A DNA stretch of 64,000 bases from Anaerolineales bacterium (GCA_034432895.1 DAOUBG010000007.1:6956-70955), one strand, 5' to 3'; shown: positions 54,201 through 61,432, counted from the first letter of the stretch. Numbers and translations: made by a program. Notes: a model not told the origin generated them from the letters alone.

Positions 54201-55646
54201 TATGCATCTGAGCGCGCTGAGGATGCAGTCCAGAAAAAAGGCTTCCGTATTGGAGAGGGATTGGCCGGTTGGGTTGTTGCTCATCGCGAGGCTGTTTTGA
54301 TCGAAGATTTGACCAAAGATGAGCGCTGGGTTCCGACAGAGACTTCCCGAGAACATCGTAGTGCTGTCGGCGTTCCTTTGATGGTGGGCGAAAATATCTT
54401 GGGTGTATTAATGGTGTTCCATCGCCAGGTGGGCTTTTTCAACCAGGATTCCCTCAATTTGATCAAGGCCATCGCCGGCCAGGTTTCGATCGCCATCAAT
54501 AATGCCAATCTATATCAATTGATCCGTGAGCAATCCGAACGCCTGGGTTATCTCTATCGCCAGCAAGCGGAAGAGGCTAGCCGTTCTCAGGCCATCCTGG
54601 AGGCTGTGGCCGATGGTGTGTTGGTAACCGATGCCGAAAACCGTATTTCCTTCCTCAACCGCTCAGCCGAGCGCATTTTGCACCTTGAAGCGACGCGCAT
54701 TCTCGGACAATCGTTGGCGGATTTTGCTGGATTGTTCGGCAAGGCGGCTCGCGAGTGGATCAACACGATTCATCGCTGGTCCGAGGATCCCTCCTCCTAT
54801 CAGCCCGGTGAATCCTATGTGGAGCGCATTGAACTGGATGATGGACGAGTGGTACTGGTACACCTGGCGCCGGTAATCCTCCAAAACGAATTTCTAGGTA
54901 CCGTTTCTATTTTCCGTGATATTACTCACGAAGTCGAAGTGGATCGTTTGAAATCCGAATTTGTTGCCACGGTGAGCCACGAATTGCGCACTCCGATGAC
55001 TTCGATCCGTGGCTATGTGGACCTCTTGCTGATGGGCGCGGCCGGCGCTCTGAATGAGATGCAGGCGAATTTCTTGAACGTGATCAAAAGCAATACCGAG
55101 CGCTTGAACGCGCTGGTTGCCGATCTGCTCGATATTTCCCGTATCGAAGCCGGAAGGGTTATGCTTACGCCGCAGCCGCTCAACTTGCGCCACATCGCCG
55201 AAGAATCGTTGGCAGAAATCCAACGCCGCTCACAACAAGAGAATAAACCGATGACTTTCACGTTAGAAGCGGCGACACCTTTGCCTTTGGCCTTTGGGGA
55301 TATGGAACGAGTACGTCAGATCATCGGCAATTTGCTCGAAAACGCGTATTCCTATACCCCGGCCGGGGGCCGAATCCAGGTGCGCCTGCATGCTGAGGGC
55401 AACGAAGTTCAGGTAGATGTACAAGATAGTGGAATCGGCATTTCACCACAGGACCAGGCGCGCGTTTTTGAGCGCTTCTATCGTGGGGAGCATCCTCTGG
55501 TGATCGAAACTCCGGGCACCGGTTTGGGGCTTTCCATTGTCAAGCAACTGGTTGAAATGCACGGTGGACGCATCTGGGTCACCTCGAGCGGCGTGTACGG
55601 GGAAGGAAGTACATTCTCTTTCACGCTTCCAATCTATACAAGTTAG
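48294..55646 (+). CDS. membrane-anchored hybrid-size sensor histidine kinase: TM, PAS-like, 11 GAF, PAS, HisKA, HATPase_c
   Basis: The 2450-aa protein has one N-terminal TM helix. Eleven GAF-terminal helices of the form Q(A/V)(A/S)IAL-NARL(F/Y) can be counted in the translation. The H-box is SEFVATVSHELRTPMTSIRGY, with N/G boxes NLLENAYSYTP, DSGIGI and GTGLGLSIVK. Confidence 0.9.
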   Translation: MFANLGIGLTLLISGLGIMLLIIGAVNLLQRQQRRTPSSPSFSLSEISVGEGQEGILILVGGRVEYINAQARALFGLAEDEFPDLERLTRRARPAEDFLDLCALPSEKYFTVNGQRVEAHSYALPLFTAATFVRLRPLESADTIETQSVLRAFMEFIQEIGTETNLPDGLQKIAYHLAHFFAYEFLEIKLWHPEREEWTLYTFSERDQYLPRSIAFDASRFGAQYLRLSSENPILVSFVDESSDAPIRSYLGLFLEIGGEKIGVLEMGALAVDRFSEKDAHFLQMLRIPLSIALHNILKQETLQRRLEELSGPVHLAQAIGAIQEPQELFSRLIEHLRPFFPAEVLGFLLYDAERNLLYAQKPFYGLPEHIIDIYHAIVPIGSQGEKLLGRHDIAFTADPGSDPLWVSLGIHTVALAASLRNAVLAPLVSGEEFIGYLQIANYREETPFSDEEKRVLESLMPQITSIVKGALLVQQARQRFQRTEALRRIAQLVVSEVPLDEILKFSLQEMARLFQADFGAIYLLDEERGRLILHRLSLWNVSPEQATHLEELYLGQDYYHTISGAQCPFISSYLSRDERVLPLYRGIVERFGVESSMVVPLIARGRSLGELMLGKKATNAFRHEDLQVLLTAVSQLASAIESRRLYGLTDEALQRRLDLFSAMTRITRELHVVLDVKRVMRVIHDESLRLLKADCGSIYLLVENGSEASPRFERLFGCEMESLLPYEIEAIQKRETLFLDFSQKETSLSPHEEVRSALVSPILYGDRAIGLLDLHFHRRRSVDEDTIQILEMLAAQAGIALVNARAYAKELEQAALFRIRAQALQELESLNRRLSATSSLEEALHEVAVSITRVSPFDVALISVYQPQEGMLRRVAGVGIAPETMRELLLRHQPWEALQTLLRPEFRIEQAYFIPAEQMPVIPPEVHTVTLATAASESQANVWNPEDFLLFPLLDADGSPVGLISVDMPRDKRRPDRVTIEVIQAFAAQATRWILHFRRLEEAQTEVERTQIALQRQQMLFSVAQGQLPVLLHNDLEHVLSLHALESRQRRIRAILTITEVVSRQPDVNMALTQLGRELLTRLEMSTVLVAEASAEGPVLRQVFGQIPADAYVETLFGQRNPLRVALQSGELMLVSTLEESEEWRDNPLLNALNTKGFICLPLVVGENPSAAVLAISNQPLPAFTEDDRALYAQVSRQLAIILQNISLFTQTRRRLQEVNLLLEFSRRIAGAGPIEIFELLLSNVRQVITAAHAGVALLWNERERVLEPVVAQGYMDSKAMLAMRYRSGEALPGQVFESRRVRRVVEVNFMRDYPLNPEQLSLYRQAVAQRLPVSSLVVPIQSANTTLGVLVLDNFNQPQAFSQADEDLVLSLTQQVTLFLENMRLLQAAQERALQMEALSSAATELTARLHREDIIATLLDRLKGILPYDAAILWLREGDRMRVWAARGFSDLEEYQGLSLSIHESALLQEMIRTGQPLSVEDVRNDPRFPPMEAARLSWLGLPLMAKGELIGVIALEKWEAHFYTHEKIQLGLTFANQAAIALENARLFDESQQRAAELDERSRRLSVLNRLSGRLAATLDADEILRLTAGELFGALNADFLAGIVFVEEHPYLHSVLPSGRLASTEISPSPLFQRFIEGSGVFVTERAAQEPDLQPLLPAWRQELPYLLALPLMIGEALRAVYLIQRLNTPFTAAEIELARTMANQTSIALENARLYQSTVRTAERFAILNQVSAEIGATLEIEELAQTVYQAATRLFPLEAFVFALANEAERVVEVAYLVDKGEVLTPMRLKWGQGISGQVIAGGEPILTHTLEESRALRAAPRGELPASILAVPIRQGEKVVGALSIQSYRPYAYTDEDLQIFSTLSNQVSVALQNARLFAEAQALAENLEQRVRERTAELEREKRNTETLLRIFSEVSATLDLDRALHRTLSLLNDAVGAEQGTIMLLNPQDFLLYYRAGYGYASERAEDAVQKKGFRIGEGLAGWVVAHREAVLIEDLTKDERWVPTETSREHRSAVGVPLMVGENILGVLMVFHRQVGFFNQDSLNLIKAIAGQVSIAINNANLYQLIREQSERLGYLYRQQAEEASRSQAILEAVADGVLVTDAENRISFLNRSAERILHLEATRILGQSLADFAGLFGKAAREWINTIHRWSEDPSSYQPGESYVERIELDDGRVVLVHLAPVILQNEFLGTVSIFRDITHEVEVDRLKSEFVATVSHELRTPMTSIRGYVDLLLMGAAGALNEMQANFLNVIKSNTERLNALVADLLDISRIEAGRVMLTPQPLNLRHIAEESLAEIQRRSQQENKPMTFTLEAATPLPLAFGDMERVRQIIGNLLENAYSYTPAGGRIQVRLHAEGNEVQVDVQDSGIGISPQDQARVFERFYRGEHPLVIETPGTGLGLSIVKQLVEMHGGRIWVTSSGVYGEGSTFSFTLPIYTS

Positions 55647-55666
55647 GTGAGATATAGAGGTAAAAG

Positions 55667-56041
55667 ATGGCAAAAATTCTGGCTGCAGAAGACGAACGCG
55701 ATATTCGAGATCTGATCGCCTTTACCTTGCGCTTTGCAGGTCATGAGGTTACCACTGCCACGAATGGTGAAGAGGCGGTGGCAATGGCCGAACAGGTTCA
55801 GCCGGACCTGATTTTGCTGGATGTGCGCATGCCGCGTATGAATGGCTATGATGCCTGTCGTGCTATCAAAGCCAACCCACGTCTAAAGGATATACCGGTG
55901 ATTTTCCTTTCGGCAAAAGGGCAGGAGTCCGAGGTCCAGGCAGGGTTGCAGGCCGGAGCCGAGGAATATCTCCTCAAGCCCTTTGCTCCTGATCAATTGA
56001 TCGAGCGTGTGCGAGCGATTCTGGCAAAATTCGGGAAATAG
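55667..56041 (+). CDS. single-domain CheY-like response regulator
   Basis: The protein reads ILAAEDERDIRDLI...ILLDVRMPRMNGYD...SAKGQ...YLLKPF. Confidence 0.92.
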   Translation: MAKILAAEDERDIRDLIAFTLRFAGHEVTTATNGEEAVAMAEQVQPDLILLDVRMPRMNGYDACRAIKANPRLKDIPVIFLSAKGQESEVQAGLQAGAEEYLLKPFAPDQLIERVRAILAKFGK

Positions 56042-56053
56042 CTTGCTACTACT

Positions 56054-56842
56054 ATGAGCGCCATTTTGCTGGATGGTTCAATTGTGCACTATGAGGTGTT
56101 GGGGCGTGGCCGCCCCATCATCTTCCTGCATGGTTGGCTTGGCTCATGGCGCTATTGGATTTCCTCGATGCAGGTTACTTCCACCCTCTTTCGCTCCTAT
56201 GCTCTCGATCTGTGGGGCTTCGGCGATACTGCCCGTCTGAAAGAGGGATATTCGATCGATCGGCAGGCGTTGCTGGTACGCCAGTTTATGGAAAATATGG
56301 GGATCGGAAAAGTCGCGCTGATCGGTCATTCTTTGGGCGGGCTGGTAGCTTTTCGCTTCGCGGCACGCTGGCCTGAATCGGTAGACCGCATGATGGTTAT
56401 CAGCACGCCTCTTGATGCCACTGCCATTTCCCCGCGTTGGTTGAACGCTTCTTTGCCCGATCTACTCAACTGGTTGACCAGCCGTTCTCCAGAAGCGCAA
56501 AATGCTCTTTCCGATGCTCTGCGTGCCGATCCTCAAACGCTCACCGTTTCTTTCCAAACGACGAGCTTTTCTCGCCTTTTCAACGAAATGCTTCCGACTC
56601 GCATTCCTTGCCTGCTCGTCTACGGGGAAAACGATCCGGCCGTGGTTGCCCCGTTGCTTGAGCAAGTCTTCCCCCTTCCTTCGCATATTCACCAGATCGT
56701 CCTTGAAGATACTGCCCATTTCCCCATGCTGGATCAACTGGCGCTCTTTCAGCGCTTACTGGTTGATTTCCTGGCCTTGGCCTCCGGCGATAGCCCGCGC
56801 GAACTGCAATTGAAAGAGGAGTGGCGTCGCCGCGTAAGATAA
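56054..56842 (+). CDS. alpha/beta-fold hydrolase (paralogue 2)
   Basis: Its N-terminus, GSIVHYEVLGRGRPIIFLHGWLGSWRYW...YALDLWGFGDT, parallels the 43584 gene. The triad is GHSLGG, GENDPAV and TAHFPML. Confidence 0.85.
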   Translation: MSAILLDGSIVHYEVLGRGRPIIFLHGWLGSWRYWISSMQVTSTLFRSYALDLWGFGDTARLKEGYSIDRQALLVRQFMENMGIGKVALIGHSLGGLVAFRFAARWPESVDRMMVISTPLDATAISPRWLNASLPDLLNWLTSRSPEAQNALSDALRADPQTLTVSFQTTSFSRLFNEMLPTRIPCLLVYGENDPAVVAPLLEQVFPLPSHIHQIVLEDTAHFPMLDQLALFQRLLVDFLALASGDSPRELQLKEEWRRRVR

Positions 56843-56864
56843 GTTATAATAGAGCTGACAATAC

Positions 56865-56950
56865 AACGGGGAGCCTGTAGCACAGGCTGAGAGGAGCGTG
56901 TTACGCTCGACCCGCTGAACCTGATCCGGGTCATGCCGGCGGAGGGAAAA
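56865..56950 (+). promoter_or_regulatory. TPP (THI-box) riboswitch
   Basis: The sequence CGGGGAGCCTGTAGCACAGGCTGAGAGGAGCG...CGACCCGCTGAACCTGATCCGGGTCATGCCGGCGGAGGGAA matches the conserved CTGAGA and ACCTGATC-GG-TAATGCC-GCG-AGGGA blocks. A TATAAT box lies at 56845-56850. Confidence 0.9.
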
Positions 56951-56970
56951 TATGGGTTCGAATGCCATGA

Positions 56971-56998
56971 CCATCCTCCGCCGTGGAGGATGGTTTTT
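56971..56998 (+). terminator. riboswitch expression platform: terminator hairpin that also sequesters the SD
   Basis: CCATCCTCC-gccgt-GGAGGATGG is followed by TTTTT and then directly by the thiN ATG (56999). The 3' arm contains GGAGGA. Confidence 0.7.
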
Positions 56999-57643
56999 AT
57001 GTCCGAACGCGTGGTGATCTTCGCGAATGGGAGCCTCCCGGCTCCGCAGCGCCTGCGTCTCCTTTTGCAGGAGGGGGATATCCTGCTCGGCGCGGATGGC
57101 GGTGCTCGTCATATCCTTGCCCTGGGTTTGAAGCCCCAGGCTGTGATCGGCGATTTTGATTCGCTCTCTCCGCAAATCCTGAACTTCCTTTCTACCGAGG
57201 GGACGCGCCTGCATCGCTATCCTGCCGATAAGGATGAAACGGACCTTGAACTGACCTTGCGCCACGCCTTGGAATATCGGCCGCGTGCCATCCGCATCGT
57301 TGCCGCGCTCGGCGATCGCCTCGATCAGACGTTGGGCAATCTTGCCCTCCTGAGCGCACCCTGGCTGGAAGGCGTGGATGTGCGCTTGGAAGATGGCTTG
57401 GAAGAGGTCTTCCTCGTGCGCACCGAAGCCGCCATCCAGGGATCGATCGGCGAAACTGTTTCGCTCATCCCCTGGGGCGGGGCGGCTGAAGGCGTTTTCA
57501 CGCAAGGATTGCGTTGGGCCCTCCGCGGCGAGACGCTCTATCCCTACCGCACACGCGGTATCAGCAACGAGCTCATCCATCCCCAGGCGCAGATCCGCCT
57601 GACCCGTGGTTCCCTGATTGTCGTCCATCGTCATTCTGACTAA
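56999..57643 (+). CDS. thiN: thiamine pyrophosphokinase
   Basis: The protein reads VVIFANGSL...LLGADGGARHILALGLKPQAVIGDFDS...DKDETDLELTL. Confidence 0.85.
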   Translation: MSERVVIFANGSLPAPQRLRLLLQEGDILLGADGGARHILALGLKPQAVIGDFDSLSPQILNFLSTEGTRLHRYPADKDETDLELTLRHALEYRPRAIRIVAALGDRLDQTLGNLALLSAPWLEGVDVRLEDGLEEVFLVRTEAAIQGSIGETVSLIPWGGAAEGVFTQGLRWALRGETLYPYRTRGISNELIHPQAQIRLTRGSLIVVHRHSD

Positions 57644-57656
57644 AAGGAGGTCGTCT

Positions 57657-58697
57657 ATGCGTCGTCTGCTGTTCCTGTTTCCTCTCGTGGCCTTCTTGGC
57701 ACTGACAGCTTGTGGTCCGCGCCAGCCGGCTGCGCTGACCGTGATGACTCATGATTCCTTCGCCGCCAGCCAAGAGGTCATCCAAGAATTTGAGCGCGAG
57801 AACAACGTCAAAGTCACTTTTTTGCCGTCCGGCGATACCGGTGCTGCCTTGAACAAGGCGATTCTCTCCAAAGAAGCCCCTTTGGCCGATGTCTTCTATG
57901 GTGTGGATAATACCTTTCTCTCTCGCGCCTTAGCGGCCGATATCTTCGAGCCCTATCGCTCGCCTTTGCTGGAAGAAATCCCGGCCGAGTTCCGCCTCGA
58001 TCCACAAAATCGCGTCACGCCGGTGGATTATGGGGATGTGTGCATCAACTATGATAAGGCCTATTTCGCCGAAAAGAACTTGCCCATTCCGCAACGCCTA
58101 GAAGATCTCACCCGCCCGGAATACAAAGGCTTGTTAGTGGTCGAAAATCCGGCCACCTCTTCGCCCGGCCTGGCCTTCCTGCTGGCGACGGTTGCCCACT
58201 TCGGCGATCCGGGCTACTTGAATTTCTGGCGCGATTTGAAAGCCAATGAGGTCGTCATCGTCCCAGATTGGGAGACAGCCTACTATACCAACTTCAGCGG
58301 CTCATCGGGCAAAGGACCACAGCCAATGGTGGTTTCCTATGGCTCTAGCCCGCCTGCCGAAGTGATCTTCGCCGAACAACCGCGCGAGAATGCGCCGACC
58401 GCTTCCCTAACCGGTCCCGATATGTGCTTCCGCCAGATCGAATTCGTCGGCATCCTCAAAGGGACAAAGCAACGTGCCCTGGCGCGCAAATTTGTGGACT
58501 TTATGCTCGGCCAACGCTTCCAGGAAGATATGCCGCTGCAGATGTTCGTCTTCCCGGTCAATCCCAAAGCGCAGCTGCCGGAAGCTTTCGTCAAATATGC
58601 CCAGATTCCAAGCCAGCCTGCCAGGCTAGACCCGGCGCAAATTGCCGCCAATCGCGAAAAATGGATCCAAGCCTGGTCGGAGCTGATGCTGAAGTGA
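57657..58697 (+). CDS. thiB: thiamine ABC transporter substrate-binding lipoprotein
   Basis: It has the lipobox LALTAC and a periplasmic-binding fold (VMTHDSFA...VFYGVDNTF...VVSYGSSPPAE), in a TPP-riboswitch context. Confidence 0.8.
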   Translation: MRRLLFLFPLVAFLALTACGPRQPAALTVMTHDSFAASQEVIQEFERENNVKVTFLPSGDTGAALNKAILSKEAPLADVFYGVDNTFLSRALAADIFEPYRSPLLEEIPAEFRLDPQNRVTPVDYGDVCINYDKAYFAEKNLPIPQRLEDLTRPEYKGLLVVENPATSSPGLAFLLATVAHFGDPGYLNFWRDLKANEVVIVPDWETAYYTNFSGSSGKGPQPMVVSYGSSPPAEVIFAEQPRENAPTASLTGPDMCFRQIEFVGILKGTKQRALARKFVDFMLGQRFQEDMPLQMFVFPVNPKAQLPEAFVKYAQIPSQPARLDPAQIAANREKWIQAWSELMLK

Positions 58698-58699
58698 AA

Positions 58700-60400
58700 A
58701 TGAAAGCCGTTGCTCTGCGTCTGGGTGCTCGTTGGGGAGGGAAGGGAGGCTTCTCTTCCCTCCTTCTTTTGCCGGCCTTGGCCTTCCTGGCGATTTTCTT
58801 TTTCTACCCGTTGGCGCGTATTTTTGCCTATGCCTTAGATGGGCAATTGTTGACCCAGCCTGCCGCCTGGACCCTGCTGCGTAAGGTGCTCGGCTTCACG
58901 ATCTATCAAGCGGCACTTTCCACGTTTCTTACCCTGCTGGTGGCGATCCCGCTGGCCTTTCTTTTTGGGCGCTATACTTTCCCTGCGAAGTCCTTCTGGA
59001 AGGCCATCGTCAGCATGCCCTTCCTCCTGCCCACGCTGGTGGTCGCGGCCGGTTTCAATGCTTTTTTGGGGGAGCGCGGCTGGCTAAACCTCGGCCTAAT
59101 GCGCCTGGTAGGACTTTCCAAGCCACCCATCCCTTTCAGCGGCACACTGGTGGCGATCCTGATCACCCATGTCTTTTACAATACTACGCTGCTTGTGCGC
59201 ATTCTCGTCTACACCCTGGAACACCTCGATCCTCGGCTGGAGCAGGCGGCGCGCCTTTTGGGAGCTGATGAGCGCCGCGTCTTTTGGCACGTGATAGTTC
59301 CAATTCTACGTCCGGCGCTCCTGGCCGGCGCCTCTCTGGTCTTCTTATTCGATTTCACCAGCTTTGGTGTGATCCTGCTGCTCGGTGGGCCGCGCTTTGC
59401 GACGCTCGAGGTCGAAATTTACGTTCAGGGGGTACACATGCTCAACCTACCCTTGGCGGCTTTCCTTTCAGTGGTGCAGCTCATGTGCACGGCAATTTTA
59501 GGGTATCTCTATACGTTCCTCTTACGACGGGCAGCGGTGCCCCTTTCGCCGCGTGCTGCCCCAAACAATATCCGCCGGCCGAAGCATTGGCGGGAACGGT
59601 TCTTTTTGACCCTGATGTGGGTGCTGCTCCTTGGACTTTTTCTGTTGCCGATGCTTTCGCTACCCTTGCGCTCCGTGTTGCGCTTGGAAGCCGCGCGTGG
59701 CGAGCGCGGCCAGGTGCAATACGGCCTGACGCTCGATTATTACCGAGAACTTTTCATCAACCGGCGCGGCTCGTTGCTCTATGTTCCGCCCCTGGATGCC
59801 ATGCGTAATTCACTTGTTTTTGCCGCTTTGACGATCGTCTTTTCCCTTTCCTTGGGCATTCCGGCGGCGCTGGCTTTCCGCCGGAGCTTTCTCTTGGCGC
59901 GCCTGACCGATGGCCTTTTGCTCCTTCCGCTCGGCACCTCTGCCGTAACGCTCGGTCTGGGCTTCATCCTAGCCTTTGGCCGGGCGGTGACCTCACCGCT
60001 GCTGATCCCGTTGGCGCACACGTTGATCGCCTTGCCTCTGGTGATCCGCACCCTTCAGCCGGCCATGGCAACTTTTCCCATGCGCTTGCACGAGGCGGCG
60101 CTGGTGCTGGGCGCTTCTCCCTGGCGCGCTTGGTGGTCGGTGGAATGGCCGATCCTTTGGCGTGCCGTGTTGACGGCTGCTGCGTTCGCTTTTACCGTTT
60201 CGGTCGGGGAATTCGGCGCCACGCTACTTATCGCGCGTCCGGAGTATCCAACTCTACCGCTGGCCATCTATCGCTTTCTTTCTCAGCCGGGTGGGCTGAA
60301 TTATGGTCAGGCCATGGCCATGACCACGTTGCTGATGGCCTTTACGCTTGTGGGGTTGATCTGGATCGAGCGTTTGCGATGGTCTGGGAGAGAATTTTGA
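58700..60400 (+). CDS. thiP: thiamine/iron-type ABC transporter permease (fused double permease)
   Basis: The 566-aa protein has about 12 TM segments and two EAA-like loops (LEQAARLLGADERRVFWHVIVP and LHEAALVLGASPWRAWWSVEWP). The start is at ATG 58700, 2 nt after the thiB stop. Confidence 0.8.
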   Translation: MKAVALRLGARWGGKGGFSSLLLLPALAFLAIFFFYPLARIFAYALDGQLLTQPAAWTLLRKVLGFTIYQAALSTFLTLLVAIPLAFLFGRYTFPAKSFWKAIVSMPFLLPTLVVAAGFNAFLGERGWLNLGLMRLVGLSKPPIPFSGTLVAILITHVFYNTTLLVRILVYTLEHLDPRLEQAARLLGADERRVFWHVIVPILRPALLAGASLVFLFDFTSFGVILLLGGPRFATLEVEIYVQGVHMLNLPLAAFLSVVQLMCTAILGYLYTFLLRRAAVPLSPRAAPNNIRRPKHWRERFFLTLMWVLLLGLFLLPMLSLPLRSVLRLEAARGERGQVQYGLTLDYYRELFINRRGSLLYVPPLDAMRNSLVFAALTIVFSLSLGIPAALAFRRSFLLARLTDGLLLLPLGTSAVTLGLGFILAFGRAVTSPLLIPLAHTLIALPLVIRTLQPAMATFPMRLHEAALVLGASPWRAWWSVEWPILWRAVLTAAAFAFTVSVGEFGATLLIARPEYPTLPLAIYRFLSQPGGLNYGQAMAMTTLLMAFTLVGLIWIERLRWSGREF

Positions 60401-60509
60401 GCCGGGGAACGGAACGGCTCTTACAGAAAATTGATCTTTTTCTGCGCGTTTTCTGATCCAGGGAAGGTACGATTAGGGCAAATCATAATGTTTCAATAGG
60501 AGGATTCCT

Positions 60510-60890
60510 ATGACGATCTATGTGCGTACCTTCCCCCCGCGACGCCGCTGGATGGAATGGCGAGCAGAGGCCGAGCGCTGGCTGGCAGTCAACGTGCGAG
60601 ATGAGGGCGATGCCTATGTATTGACCGCCTTTGTGCCGGGTGTCAAGCCAGAGGACCTAAAAATTCAGGTGATAGATGATACGGTGGCCATCGAAGGGCA
60701 TTATCCAAAAGAGGAGCACGAGTATCTTCTCTGCGAGTTGCCCTCCGGCTCCTTCCAGCGCATTCTGCGCCTACCGACTTCACTGGATGCCAATGCTGTT
60801 GACGCGACTTTGCAACACGGCGTGCTGACCTTGCGCTTGCCGAAAGCTGCTTCGGCCCGTCCAAAGGCCATTCAGGTCAAGGCAGGCTGA
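60510..60890 (+). CDS. Hsp20/alpha-crystallin small heat-shock protein
   Basis: The protein reads VNVRDEGDAYVLTAFVPGVKPEDLKIQVIDDTVAIEG...GSFQRILRLPTSLDANAVDATLQHGVLTLRLPK. Confidence 0.9.
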   Translation: MTIYVRTFPPRRRWMEWRAEAERWLAVNVRDEGDAYVLTAFVPGVKPEDLKIQVIDDTVAIEGHYPKEEHEYLLCELPSGSFQRILRLPTSLDANAVDATLQHGVLTLRLPKAASARPKAIQVKAG

Positions 60891-60896
60891 TAAATA

Positions 60897-60925
60897 GTAG
60901 GTCAAATGCAAAGCATTTGACCTAC
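60897..60925. terminator. bidirectional intrinsic terminator between convergent genes
   Basis: A perfect 13-bp stem GTAGGTCAAATGC-aaa-GCATTTGACCTAC has T-rich flanks on both strands. Confidence 0.75.
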
Positions 60926-60941
60926 TTGTTTAAGTGCTGAA

Positions 60942-61220
60942 TCATTTTTCTTCTTTTGCTTCTTGCTTTCGCAGCCCCCAAAAGATCACGGCTGTGCCAC
61001 TGCCCAGCGCGAAAGCACCCAGCGCGCCGGCGGTGGCATAGCGCACGAAAATGGCGGCCAAAGCAAAGAATCCTAAAATGGCGGTGACTTGGAGCTGCCA
61101 ACTGCCCTTGCGGTAGGCGTCCAGGCTGAACCAACCAACTGCCAGGCCGAAAACGATCAGCCCGCTGAAACGCACCAAGATTCCCAGGATGTCGAAAATG
61201 GTTTCAAGGATCGGGTTCAT
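60942..61220 (-). CDS. small membrane protein (3 predicted TM helices), function unknown
   Basis: The 92-aa protein is hydrophobic with a K/E-rich tail (RKQEAKEEK). An SD-like GGAGGAA lies upstream of ATG 61220. Confidence 0.55.
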   Translation of the reverse strand: MNPILETIFDILGILVRFSGLIVFGLAVGWFSLDAYRKGSWQLQVTAILGFFALAAIFVRYATAGALGAFALGSGTAVIFWGLRKQEAKEEK

Positions 61221-61432
61221 TGGGTTCCTCCGAAAGGGAAAGTAGAAAAGCGTTGATGGAAATTATAGTCGAAGATCCTCGCATATTGTCGAAATCGCGT
61301 GGTTGGAGGGTCGGTTGGTTGCGTCGTCGGATGGTTGGGCGAGTAAGAGGGAAGTTGTGTGGGCGTCGGGGCTTTTTGTTGCGCCAGTGACCGGCGATTA
61401 CCTTGCACTGAGCGGCAAACCTGAGCGCCATT

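Noticed and set aside
56756-57634. A 292-aa minus-strand ORF lies opposite thiN and the TPP riboswitch. Similar long antisense ORFs occur at 8054-8875, 11636-12532, 27863-28525, 33585-34355 and 42859-43467.
   Set aside because: Each one lies fully within a strongly supported gene on the other strand and shows no domain signatures. I treat them as compositional artefacts.
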